The translations under genes were made by a program, and so were the position numbers. A stretch of 56,531 nucleotides of DNA, the filler included, from Basidioascus undulatus (lineage: Eukaryota), in NCBI GenBank assembly GCA_000826855.1. It is 5 parts of 5 records of this genome, joined end to end, with 100 filler letters (N's around TTAATTAATTAA, not from the genome) between each part and the next. Parts side by side here need not be neighbours in the genome. Positions count along the whole stretch, not along the records: positions 34,007 to 45,231 come from JTLS01001029.1; positions 45,332 to 56,531 come from JTLS01001030.1; 3 more parts are not named here. One strand, written 5' to 3'. Each line of letters opens with the position of its first letter. Positions within the stretch are counted from its first letter, which is position 1. The notes beneath the pieces were generated by a model. That model was not told where the DNA came from, made no database searches, and worked only from the letters and a program-made list of their open reading frames with translations. Of the stretch, positions 38,101 through 49,313 are shown piece after piece.

Positions 38101-40612
38101 GACGATGTTTCTACCACTGACAACTTCTCTCGCTTCAGCATGCCGCAGCAGCCGCAGCTGCTCCACCGCTGCCACCGCCGCCCCGTCCTGCTGGTCTTCG
38201 ACCGGTACGTTCAATCCTGCCCCGCCTTCTTTCCCCACCGGCGAGTGCTGATCCGTATGTCGTGATGCTGCAGCTCGACAACTCTCGTGTACTGGGCAGC
38301 GCCAAACCTCTCCGCGCTCCCTCTCCGGTATGTTTCCCGCATTGCCGCACAACGTGCGAAGCTGATCCCGTCGTCTGCACAGCCGCCGCGGCCCCCATAC
38401 TACAAGCAGCACCCCAAGTCCCAGACCAAGACCGGGTCCGGGGCGGAGCTCAATTTGAAGACGAAAGCGATGGCGAGGATCGAGCAGTCTGGGAAGGACA
38501 TCGAGGCGGTATGTCCCGTCTCTTGCGCTTGCACCCCTTTATGTCAATTGCTCATGTCGCCGTCGTTCACAGGGCTACATCAGGAGGGGCACAACCCCTC
38601 TCACTATCGTACGTATTCGCTCAATGTCACCGGCGAGCGATAAACTAACCGGACTTCCCGTTCTTAGATGTCTGCCTCGAAGGCGAAGAAGATTACTAGC
38701 GTCCACGACCATCCTGATGTGAGTTACCAGCTGCTCCAGCGTTGTGTTCGGACCTTGATTGACATTCTGCCTTGGCAGCGTCACCTTTTCGTTCCGCGGC
38801 CGGTATGTTCTACCGCCGAGATTGTTTCGCCGTGAGAGTACGCTGACGGTCGTCCCGCATGCTGGCTACACCGCCAAGCTGCCGAGCGAAGTAGTGATAC
38901 GTCCTATTCCTGCCACTCACTTCGTAAGTTCTCGCATATTTCGCTCTGTTAGTCCGCAGCGCTGATCTCTCTTTCGGCAGTATTCTGGAGCGTACGTGAT
39001 TCAACATGAACGAGCCGCCGCACTGGAGGCGGAACGGGCGGCACAAGCCGCGCAGGCATCCACGTCAAAGGTACATTCCACTTCACTGGCTTCCACAACA
39101 AACACGCTTACACGGCTCTTCAAACTCCTACACGGTAAGTCCTCGCCCATCATCCTCGCCGCGGAGTCACCTCCGCCGCCGTCTCGCCACGCGCGCTTCT
39201 CCACGGCCACGGTCTTCGAATACTCCGCCGAAGCGCAGACCGGGAACGCAGCGTCAGTCGAGGTCGTCCAGCTCGGGCCCGCAACTTCGCAGGCGGGCGC
39301 CGATGACGGAGGCGTTCCTTCTAGCGTCCAGTCTTCCCGCGCGTCCACATCACCCGCCCCCGATCCGTCCCCGCCCTCAGCCCAGCCGTGCAAGCGCCTG
39401 CCCGTACCGAGCCCCTCGCCGCCGCTTGAGGCAGAGGAGGTGACTTCGGCGGAGGACAGCGCCGACTCATCAGACGAGGACTCGAGCGTTTCCGACTCGA
39501 GCGAGTCTGATAAGGAAGCGCGGAAGGCTCCGCCTCCGAAGGACAAGGGCAAGGCGCCCGAGAACAAGCGGAAGAGGAAGGCGCCCGCGGACACGAGGAA
39601 GGAGAATGCATCTTGTGATACGCGAAAGACGGTGAGTGTCCATCGCTATCTGCGCTGGGCACAAGGCAGCTCATTCTTATGCTCTTCATTTCCCGCAGCC
39701 TATGCGATCGATTCTGCGCACTACTGTACGTTGCTTTTCCGTGTTGTGGTGGTACGTGCTCACCCTCATCGATTCACGCGCTCAGCCTGCCCGTCCCACT
39801 CTTCCCACCCCTCCTCGCACGGAAGGCCGGCCGACAACGTCTGCAGCCGCAACCTCAGCTGCGGCGAAGGCCGCTGACGGTATCAGCGGCTCAACTTCGA
39901 AGCGCCAGAAGGTTTCGCATCCGGAGCGTTGCCCTACCTCCGCCCTGCCCTTCAAACCTTTCACGCCTGTTCTTCGCGCTCCTCTCACGCCGTCCACCTC
40001 TGCTACCACGTCCTCTTCTCTCCCCTCCTTCTCGTCGTCCCCATCCGCACCTCAGGCATCGAAGAGGTTCGCCGCGCCGTTGCTTCCCCTCTCCGAGCAC
40101 CGCCGCCGCCTTCAGCAAGGCAAACCGACGCCTGCGCCTGCCGGCGGTGCCCCTGGTCGAGCTTCCTGTACGTATCTCTTCTCGTTTTCTTCGCGGAGAA
40201 TGTTGCTTTCTGATCACCCAATGCCCTCGGACTTTTTCAGCGCTTCCGACTCCTCGACGTCGGCCCAAGGCTAACACTCCCCCCTTCGAGTTCGGTCTTC
40301 CGAAGGGGTTCGCTAACCGAGCCATAAGCAGTATGTTGTTGCAAGTGGCTCGCCGGTACTTTGCCACCGCTGACGTCGTTTCCCGTCCCTTTAGTCTTCA
40401 GCGCGATGGCGGAGCGCCAGGAGCACGATAAGCATGAGGAGCTCCGGCTCTTTGCTAAATTATTGGTTGCAGAGATTGGCCCCCATCTTGTCAGGATCGT
40501 GCTGAAAGTTCTGGAGATTGAGTTTGGCATGAACCTTTCTACCCTAGCTCGCATGCTGGCGGAGGAGGGAGAAGAGGAAGAAGGAGAGGAGGATGAGGCG
40601 GCGGAATCTTGA
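35162..40612 (+). CDS. Large, extremely intron-rich hypothetical protein (globular N-terminus, Pro/Ser/Lys-rich disordered body, acidic tail)
   Basis: First exons splice in frame (MGKPKQHNVALRIVTPCW...GVSVLDAVLKPIL...NLLRALTSPELLAWITRSF...); about 25-30 regularly spaced GT..AG introns by eye; ends EEGEEEEGEEDEAAES*. Could be more than one gene. Confidence 0.65.
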
Positions 40613-41499
40613 GAGTTTCGAGGTCATTATGCATCGTGGTCTAAGTGCCTTGTGGTGGTTCTGCGAAATCTGCATATTATTGGCCTGTGTTCCGGAGAAC
40701 TTGAGCAGTCGACAGTCGAGACGTGCCGTGCAACCGGACTCATCATATCAGCCCGTTATCAATTTCTCAAACGCATTTTGCACGTCATGAGCTTGGCGCT
40801 TACAACTCTGAGCGGCATAGACTTCCAATGGTTCAGCCCCCCTCTACTCCGTTTTCTTTTCGAAATGGAAGCTTTTACCGTTCATTGGGAAGACAATGAA
40901 AGCAACTTCAGCCTAAGCCAAGTCGCGGAACAACTCTCTTTGAATGAAAGCAATTGAAACCCTTCAAGAGACTTTGGCTCAATCCATATATCGATGTTCG
41001 CAAAAGTTACAATAAACAATAATCGATTTGTGCATCGTTTCGCTCGAGTACATTGTGGGTCAATTTGCTTGCGCCGCTTCTGTCGTCCACAAGCGGCTGC
41101 CGCCCGTGGCATGGCCGTCCTCAAGCTCCGAGACTTCTTTGTGCGGACGGGAACCGAAGCCGTGCTCCGAAGAGAGACGCTTATCCGGCTGACCTGGGTA
41201 CTCAGTTCCAGCAAGTACGGTAATCTTTGAAATGTAAAAACAAGATGTTCACCGTCCTTGCGCAGGCCGTCGTGCCGATGGCTTGTAAATGTCATCAGGC
41301 TGAGCTACGACATCAATAAAATGAGCGAACTTTTCAAAAAAGAGCCACCTAAGGCAAGCGACTCACTGTGACCTCCCTGCTTGCCGAGCTCAGGCCTCGG
41401 AGCGATCGCGAGATCCAAAACCGTGCAAAAAAGAACTTACACTATGCAGATGTCTTTCGATAAATTCAGTTTTTATAGGTGCAGAAAAGGAGGAGGAGC

Positions 41500-43500
41500 G
41501 GAGGAGGAGGAGTCACTGCGTGCAGGGGGCCGCTTTCCCACATAGCCAAGACAGGGACATTTTCCGGAACAATGCTAATTGCCACCTTGGCGAAGTCAAA
41601 CTTTGCAATGACCTTGGAAAGAATGGGAAGATCCAAGGTCTGCTCCCAGGCACGCTTGATACGCTTGTATGCCACTGTGCCCCTTAGGGTCACTACCAGC
41701 ATGTTCTGGACTTGCTGAAGAATGGCTGTGATAGCCTTGCCTGAAGCATCTGTATAGACCTGAAGCGGCGTACCTCTGAAAGGATGCCCAAGCACCGAAG
41801 CGCTGGCTAGAGCTCACTTGACTAACTTGAAGGCGCACTGTTCAAGCTCGTCCCACCGCCATTTGGATCCTTTGCGCAGCAGCTGGAAGAGCAGAAGGAC
41901 AATTCAGGTGTAATAAGCAATATAGGTCGCAAAGTAGACTGAAGCTTGGATGCACACTTTGGTGGGGGCCATCCATAGCACCGCTTCGACCTTCTCCCAG
42001 TGCTTCAACAGGCCTAAGCGCAACAGGCCTAAGCGCAAGGCCTTCTGTCCAAGGAGAAGAGACTGGTATACAAGGTGAAACTTATTTGGGGATAAGGGCT
42101 TTGAGTACTCAATGTGCTCGAATTACTCCTCAAACATCTTGGAGAAGAAGATGATATTGTCTATATAGACTAGCGCAAAGATCCATGAGAACCTGGCAGG
42201 TTCCCTCAACAAGATTGGTTGAAATGTGTGCCGGGTAGTGTCACAGTTGGCTGTCCCAGGGAAAGGCGTTGTTGTTCGTCTGCAGCATGTCGGTGAACTG
42301 ATGCTGCTGTTCTGCTGTAAGAACCGGGTTGAGATTGAATTTGCACTCTCTGTCTCCTGGGACCTCGGGGACTTTGGCAATCTTGGGCCCTGTTGGCTTG
42401 GCGTCTTCCTCCTTGCGCTGTGGAGAGACAAAGCCTGGAGACTCACTCCTCCTTTGCATGTTCCTTCTTAGATGCGTCATTGGTAAGTGTCTTTTGCATG
42501 AATGAACATGTGCACAGTCATGGCTTCCCCAAGCTGCTTGGATTCCTGCTCCTTTGACTAAGACTCACCGTTGAGGTAACCCTTTGCAGAGCGCGCCGTT
42601 CCAAGGCTGTCACCTTAGAATGATAAGGGTGTATCCAAAGCTGGAGACAAGAATGTGCGTAGACCTGACCGGGACAAGAGCAGGAGTAGCGGCTTCTGCC
42701 AAGGAGATGGTTGCTTTGAAGACGGTGCAAGGCTTGACAAGAATGGTGTTGTCCTCCGTGAGCCGTGATAGTTGTACGTCAACTTGACAGCTTGTGCCCT
42801 GCTTGATGGTCACCAACTTGATCGCCAGGATCTTGAAAAGGCCCAAGATGGCCGGCCTTCTTGACAGCCTGGCTCCGGCTACAAACACGGTTGCTTGCGC
42901 TCGGCGCACAGTGGGGTAGGCCTTTGTCATGAATCAAGCCGATGACATCACAGGATGGGTCATAGCCCGAGGCTGACAAACCAGTTGCCACAGTCTCCAT
43001 TGCTTTCCGCTCCACGTCCCACCTGTTCTACCCAGTTTCGCTCGCTTCCGCTCCGTCGTACTTTGCTACAGTGTTCGCCAGTTTCCGTCCCACTCTGCTT
43101 CCGCCTTGTTCTCTGCCTTTCTGCCCGTCTGCCTTGCTCCTCATCCGGTCTTGCTCCTCCTGCCCCTAGTCCTTGCTCTCTTGCCCCGGTCCAGTCATCT
43201 CATATCTTGCCACCCTCCTGCTGGTAGTCGCCGTCGTGGTCTGCCTCTGTCCAGCTCGATTCCTGACAGCCTTGATCATTGCCGGTGCTTTGCTGTGCAC
43301 CACACAGCGGTAACCCAAAGCGCCAAACTCGAGCTGGGTTGGTTTGCCTTGTTTGCAAAGGTTCGACAGGTTGAAGGCGTCAGAATTGTTGTTACCAAAG
43401 AGGAAGTCCGCACTCATGCCTTTGATGACATAGGCTTCCAGGTACAGCACCACTTTTGTAAGGCCGTAGCCTCTTGAGAGCGATATAGGTGTTGAAAGGG
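41500..43500 (-). mobile_element. Degenerate Ty3/Gypsy LTR-retrotransposon pol relic (protease, RT, RNase H)
   Basis: LEAYVIKGMSADFLFGNN (protease end), FALVYIDNIIFFSK (RT YIDD motif mutated), LFQLLRKGSKWRWDELEQCAF, VLGHP..PLQVYTDASGKAITAILQQVQ (RNase H); many stops, frameshifts and an internal RT deletion; no integrase seen. Confidence 0.88.
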
Positions 43501-43504
43501 CAGG

Positions 43505-43692
43505 TGTGCACAATCAATGAGCTGCTCAATACTTAATGCGCAAGGATGGCAAGGGGTAAAAAGGTAAAGAAGAAAGCAAGAGACAGTCAAACAAAGAAGA
43601 CAAAGCGAGTCGGGTGTAAGCAATCAACACCCAACGAGATTACATAGTGAGGCTTCTAAGCTAAGGTGGCCTAACACTCTCCCCCTCCACTC
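43505..43692 (-). mobile_element. Polypurine tract followed by TG-initiated LTR-like fragment
   Basis: Minus strand GAGTGGAGGGGGAGAG (43692-43677) immediately followed by TGTTAGG (from 43676); downstream end uncertain. Confidence 0.5.
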
Positions 43693-45231
43693 GGTAGAGA
43701 AAGAGAAATAAGTCAAGTAATATCAAAAGAGAATGAAGGAAAGAAACAGTAGGCAAGGGGAGACCGCACCGCCGCTGAACTGGCACCATGTTGTACTGGC
43801 ACCATGTTCCGATGGAGAGTGGGGTCTCTATTTATAAGACCAGTCAGCCATACTGTCCCCGTCCTCCTTCGCCTCAGCATCCTTGAGCGGCTCCATAGCC
43901 GTGGTCTCCTGCGTGGGAGCGTTGGTGCTGCTCGAGGAGAACATGACCAGAAGGTGGGGTGCAGCTGACATGGATGGTGACTGCGGGAGGGGAAGTGTGC
44001 TTAGGTGCGCTGCTGTGCCGTGTGCCCAGGTTGGGGTGCTTTCGCATGTCGGGGAAAAACCTGGCGTTAACAAACTCCTGATAGACGGACTTGCCTGCCG
44101 AGGAGGAGGAAGTGTGGGTGCTGGGGTTGGAGACGACATTGCGGCGGAGGATGTGCTTGGGAATGCGAGCAAGAAGTTCGCATGCAGTGAGTTGTCCCTG
44201 CTGGGGGGTATAGATGACAGCACGTGAGTGGGACAGGTCGATCGAGTGGGGGGTCATGTCAATGGGGACATCCATAGTGATGGTGGTCTTCATGCCGCTG
44301 CATGAACAGAAGCCAATCGCCTGGTCAAGCATGGCATGCATAAGTGCAGCGATGAAGTACCGCTTGCCTGTGTATGACATGGTTGCAGCATAGAGCGCGG
44401 ACAGGATGGGCTTGAAGCGGAGCTGGGCGAAGAGCTCCCTGTCCTCCGCTGTCTGCGGAGGGAGTTGTGTGTGAGCCGGTGTGGTCAGGATTTTATCCCA
44501 ACCACACTTTCCGCTTAAACACAGCAGCCCAAACATCTCAGCACTGTGTTCTGCAGTTGCACAAAATGGAGCACATGGAATTGCCTCAGGGAAGAAGTCC
44601 GAGATCAGGATGGAAGAAAGAGGGAAGGAAAGAGTGAGCAGGCGGAGGCACACGCAGATGGGTGGAAAAGCAGTGCATCATACTTAGCACTATGTACAAG
44701 CCAAACCCAAATTTCCTGTCTTCCTCCTTCCAACAAACCTCCTCATACGAACCCCACATGAGAACACACGCTGCAAGACCTAAATGAGCGGCAGAGGTGA
44801 AGACAAGTGAGGAGGATGAAGGAGACTGATGGGAGGGTGAAGGAAGTACAAGGGAAGGGCAAAGAAGTCAGCAAAAGCGCGAAGTGGAAGTAAAGAAGGG
44901 AGGAAAGGCGTACCGAGATGGACCTACGGGAGATAGGGAGAGAGAACAGGTGTCAGCAGGACAGGCCTCCTCTATACCCTGCTACACATTTAAGGCGGCA
45001 CTCCACGACAATTACCCACCAACCGCCTGCAAACTGTCCCCAAACTTTCCTCAAAGGAACGAAAGAGGTAAGCACCGAGGATTTTTATGCCAACACGATA
45101 TTGAACTCTTTTTGAAGTTACAATGGTCAGGGAATTATTCTATGGACAGGGGAATTGAATTGGAGGCCTGCGAGTGCTGGAGAGAGGGCAGATCTTGTCA
45201 TCGCTGTAGGGCCTTGCTGAGAGCGTCTATC

Positions 45232-45331
45232 NNNNNNNNNNNNNNNNNNNNNNNNNNNNNNNNNNNNNNNNNNNNTTAATTAATTAANNNNNNNNNNNNN
45301 NNNNNNNNNNNNNNNNNNNNNNNNNNNNNNN
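45232..45331. other. Artificial 100-nt assembly spacer
   Basis: N-run with central TTAATTAATTAA. Confidence 0.99.
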
Positions 45332-45477
45332 AATGAAGCGCCTTTCCGCGCTCGAATCCTCCTCCTCCCACACCTCCTCCGCCTCCCTCCCGCGGCCCAA
45401 CCGGCGAGTCCATCTACCGCACGATAATGAAGCGCCTTTCCGCGCTCGAATCCTCCTCCTCCCACACCTCCTCCGCC
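45332..45477 (+). repeat. Exact 52-bp direct repeat at contig edge
   Basis: AATGAAGCGC...CTCCTCCGCC at 45332-45383 and 45426-45477. Confidence 0.9.
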
Positions 45478-46945
45478 CTCTCCTCGCACGCCGCCCTCAC
45501 GCGCGACCTCCTCTCCTCCGCGCGGGCCGAGAACGCGCGCGAGCTGCACGGGCTGGGAGAGAAGCTGGAGGCGCTCGCGATGCGGCAGGAGGTACGGATC
45601 GCGGAGCTCTGGGCGGAGCTTGGGAGGGTCAGGAGGGAACGGCAGGAGCTGAGGGGGAAGGTGGAGTGGTTGGCGGGGGAGGTTCGTTCCCTTCCTCCTT
45701 TCCTTCCTTTCCTTCCTTTTCCCGCCCTTCCCCCCCTTTGGAGTGGAAATTGATTCCCGAATGGCGGAGCAGGTCCTCGTCGAAAAGCGCCTGAGCGTCG
45801 CCCAGCTCTGCATCCTCCTGGTCGTTATTGTGTTCGGAGCGATCACGCGCGGGAGCCGCGCGAGCGTCGTCGGCTCTTCGCCCGTCCTGCAGAACCTTAC
45901 GTTGCGCACGAGAAAAGCCTCGATGTGGGGGAATGGGGGGGTGCATTCGCCGGAGGGGAGCGAGCGCGCGAGGGAGAAGGCGAGAAAGAGCGGGAGAAGG
46001 AGGAGGACGGGGGAGGAAGACGACGACGAGTACAACCGGAATTCTCAGCGATCCCCCCTCCTCCGCCGTCCGCTCTCTCCCCTCCCTCGCCCACCACGCA
46101 CCTTCTCCTTCCCCTCGCCCGCTCCCGGGCCAGGGACGCACCGCGCCTCCTCCTCCGCCTCCTCCTCCGAGCCCGCCGCCCGCCTCGCGCGCCTCGCACA
46201 CCTGCACGGCATCGACCCGCACGTCGTGCGCGAGCTGCTCGCCACCCAGTCCGCCCAACACCAGCAGCATCTCCACCCCTCCCCGCACTTGCATCCCCAC
46301 GCGCACTCCCATTCTTCTGCCTCGTCCACGACTAGCACGAGGCCCGCACCGCTGCGGTTCGTACGCGCCGCAGCGGCCGAGGGCGAGGGGAAGCGCGGGG
46401 GGAGCAGGGCGGGCACGCCTGTGAGGAGGTCGTTCACCCCGGCGCAGGCGTCGGAAATGGAGGCGGAGCCAGAGACGGAGGAGTGGACGACCGATGCGGA
46501 TGCGGACGAGCACCCGCAGGACCTCATCCTTTCGCAATCCCATTCGCTCTCGTCAGTCGAGACCCCCACCCCGACCCCCGGCTTCCGCGCAACACTCCGT
46601 CCCTCGCCCTCATTCTCCCCTACGCCGTCCCATCCGCCTCCGCACCTCGTCCCCCTCCCGCCCTCGCCGTCTCCGTCTCCCTCACATTCACCCGCTCCAC
46701 CACAAACATTCGTCTTCCCCTCCTACTCGTCCTCGCCGCACCCCGAGCTCGTCCTCCCCCACCACCCAGATACGCCCCTCGCCGAGCTTCCACCGCCGCC
46801 GCCACCGAGTCCGAGGCGGGAGGATGAAGGACCAGGGCTGTGGTCGGGAGGGGAAGGGGAACGAGGGGAGAGGAGAGGAGAGGGTGCGGGGGGTGTGGGG
46901 CTGGGCGTTGTCGGGATGGTCAGGAGGGCGGAGGTGGTTGTGTAG
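45384..46945 (+). CDS. SLP1: C-terminal part of mid-SUN (Slp1/SUCO-like) protein, 5' part lost in gap
   Basis: GESIYRTIMKRLSALE, coiled coil, then after an intron VLVEKRLSVAQLCILLVVIVFGAITRGSR TM segment and a disordered tail; the SUN domain itself is not in the contig. Confidence 0.8.
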
Positions 46946-47338
46946 CGTGGGGGTTGGGGCGGGTGAGATTGATGTGCTGTTTTTACTTGCTTGTCTTGGG
47001 AATGTGCATTGCAGGTTAGAGGAGGCTTCGCGTGTTGGCAGAGAGTTGGTTGACGACGTACGTGAAGGTTGTTCAGCGTTTGGTGAGAACTGCGGTAGTG
47101 CTGGTGTAAGGGGCTGGGTGGCGGTGCGTCGAATCAGCCCTTAAACACGAATTCAGGTTCAAATGCATCAGAAATAGTCGCTTTCGTCTCATCCTTGTCG
47201 ATTTGAATTCGCAGATGATGCTGAAAGGGTTATGTTGCAGGCCCGTGACATAGGCTGGCAGCCCTCACATTCATTTGTGCTTCGCTGCATACGAGAGGTC
47301 ACTCTTCCCCGCTCAACCCTTGACCCTCCGGTACTGCG

Positions 47339-48739
47339 TTAGGAGCAGTACTGGTATTGTCTCTTCAAAGATCCAGTGATCCTGCACGCACTGCGAAGTC
47401 GGGTAGGAGTGAGAACTGCCAGACGCAGCGGCAGCACGCTCCTGCACATCAGTCTATCGTTGACATCCCGCTCGAGTGCTGGACGATCTGAGGCGACACA
47501 GCCGACATGGTGGTCTCTGCTCATACGCGTTCGATCATTGTCGAAGTTGAGAGCCCAAACGTGCACCGCAGAGGGCGAAAGTTCATGCAGATTGCGGACC
47601 CAACCCGTCGTTTCATCTCGCCCGTTTGGAAGCCTTCAAGCCTACATTATGTCTCGATTATTGATAGCACGCAATTGTCCCCGTTGACTCATCCCGCGGA
47701 AACACGCTCACTCAGCGCATGGTAAACCTCCGGCGTTGAGATGAGCAACGCTCCTGAACGATCAGGCGGTTCCAGTCCATCCCCAAGAGTCCGTCACCAC
47801 GATGCCAATCCAAACGCACTTCGGAGTATGCCAGGTTTGACGGAATCGGGGCAGTCGAAATACGGGCAGCTGAATGCCTGGCTCTATGTGCAGACACTCG
47901 GTCCGAGAAGGAAGATCCGAGCGCCATGCCTGTCGGGTGGCCTGCGAGCCAGCCCGTGCGGAGCTGCGAGAAGTCAAGTATGACCCTCTCGAAACCAAGC
48001 CCCGACGAATCCCTCCTCCACCAGAATGCCCGCTCTTGGGAGAGCCGCTCGATATCAGATCTCATGTGTCCGTTGAACCACCGCGTCTGTCGACAGCCCA
48101 TTCGTCCCACCGCACGCTGCCGGTGCGGCCTTTCTGAGAAAGGAGAAGCGAGAGCGGGATAATGCAGGTGACTCCTTTGCCGAGTACGTGACCGTCATCT
48201 TTGAAACGCCATACAAGAGATAGGATACCTCTCCCAGCATCTCCGTATGATGTGTGAGAAGAAACCGTCCCACAGGTGAGGTTCATGCTCTCGCATGTCT
48301 CGTGAGTCGAGAGAACCGGCAGCTCAAGCCTGACGATACGTTCTCCCTTCGCGAAAGAGACGGGCATCAGAGACGGAGTGATTGCTGGGGCCTCCTGTGG
48401 CAGCTCCGCCAGGAGCACGATGTCCGGAGCGATGAAAGCGAAAGATGAAAAGACGACGCCGTGAGGAGTGGAGAGCGGCTTGACGACCTGCCCGGAAAGA
48501 CACCCTCGTAAGCTCGAGCAAACGCGTTCAGCTCGGCGCGGGGCAGGTGCGCGGCGATCGCGAACTGCGAGGCGCGAGGGTGGAGCGCTCAGTAGAGCAT
48601 CCTGGAAGGAATGAAGGGGAACGAGTATGTCGTAAGGCCGGGAGATCATGTTTTCGGTGGCTCGGAAGAGGATCTGGCGTTGTGGTTTGGGGTCAAGATA
48701 TGTGCCAAAGCTGCGCGTGTGCAAGCGTCGGCAGGCCAA
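47339..48739 (-). pseudogene. Degenerate basidiomycete F-box-associated-type gene
   Basis: VRLELP, VRWDEW then frame switch to GCRQTRWF, VILDFS and VWALNFD resemble the C-terminal region of basidiomycete F-box proteins; apparent 1-nt deletion at ~48097-48099; 5' boundary unclear. Confidence 0.45.
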
Positions 48740-49313
48740 ACCGTGACCACCTTTTTCTGTGACTTCTGTCAGGACCGGCCAGATCAGTGGACCTCAACCG
48801 AGTTTCGCGGTGGGATATGTCAGATGGAACAGGTAGGGTACTTTGCAGTACCGGTGAACACGAAAACTGCATTCGCCTCGCTTTCACCTATTTGTGTAAC
48901 TTCCTGCCGGAAACATGTCCAGAATCCTTTGACTCAATCTGATAATGGTTTCGGCTTATCCCATGAGGCTCATAAGACGACGACAAGGGAAGGCATTCCC
49001 TTCTAGAAGGTAGCCGAGCTTCCCCATACTTTAGATCATTCAACTTACCTGTGTTCATTAAATCTCAAAGCAGCCACACATAGGGTAGTATTGGATTACC
49101 CGTGGTGGCTGCACGGTCCACGCAATAGCGCTGATGGTCAAGGGTTCCACGCAACGCTGGTCTCTGTTGCGCCACTCAGCAAGTAACGCAACGCTGCCTA
49201 AGCGCGATGTTTTCTTCCTTTGTAAATCGTCGAAGTATAGCTATCGGACATAATAGAGAACCCGGTCGTGACTTGACATTTTCGCGATCTCGCCAAATGC
49301 ATGTCCCCGCCCA

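Noticed and set aside
40882..41460. Possible gene remnant interrupted by the retroelement
   Set aside because: One plausible intron but no identifiable product; insufficient evidence.
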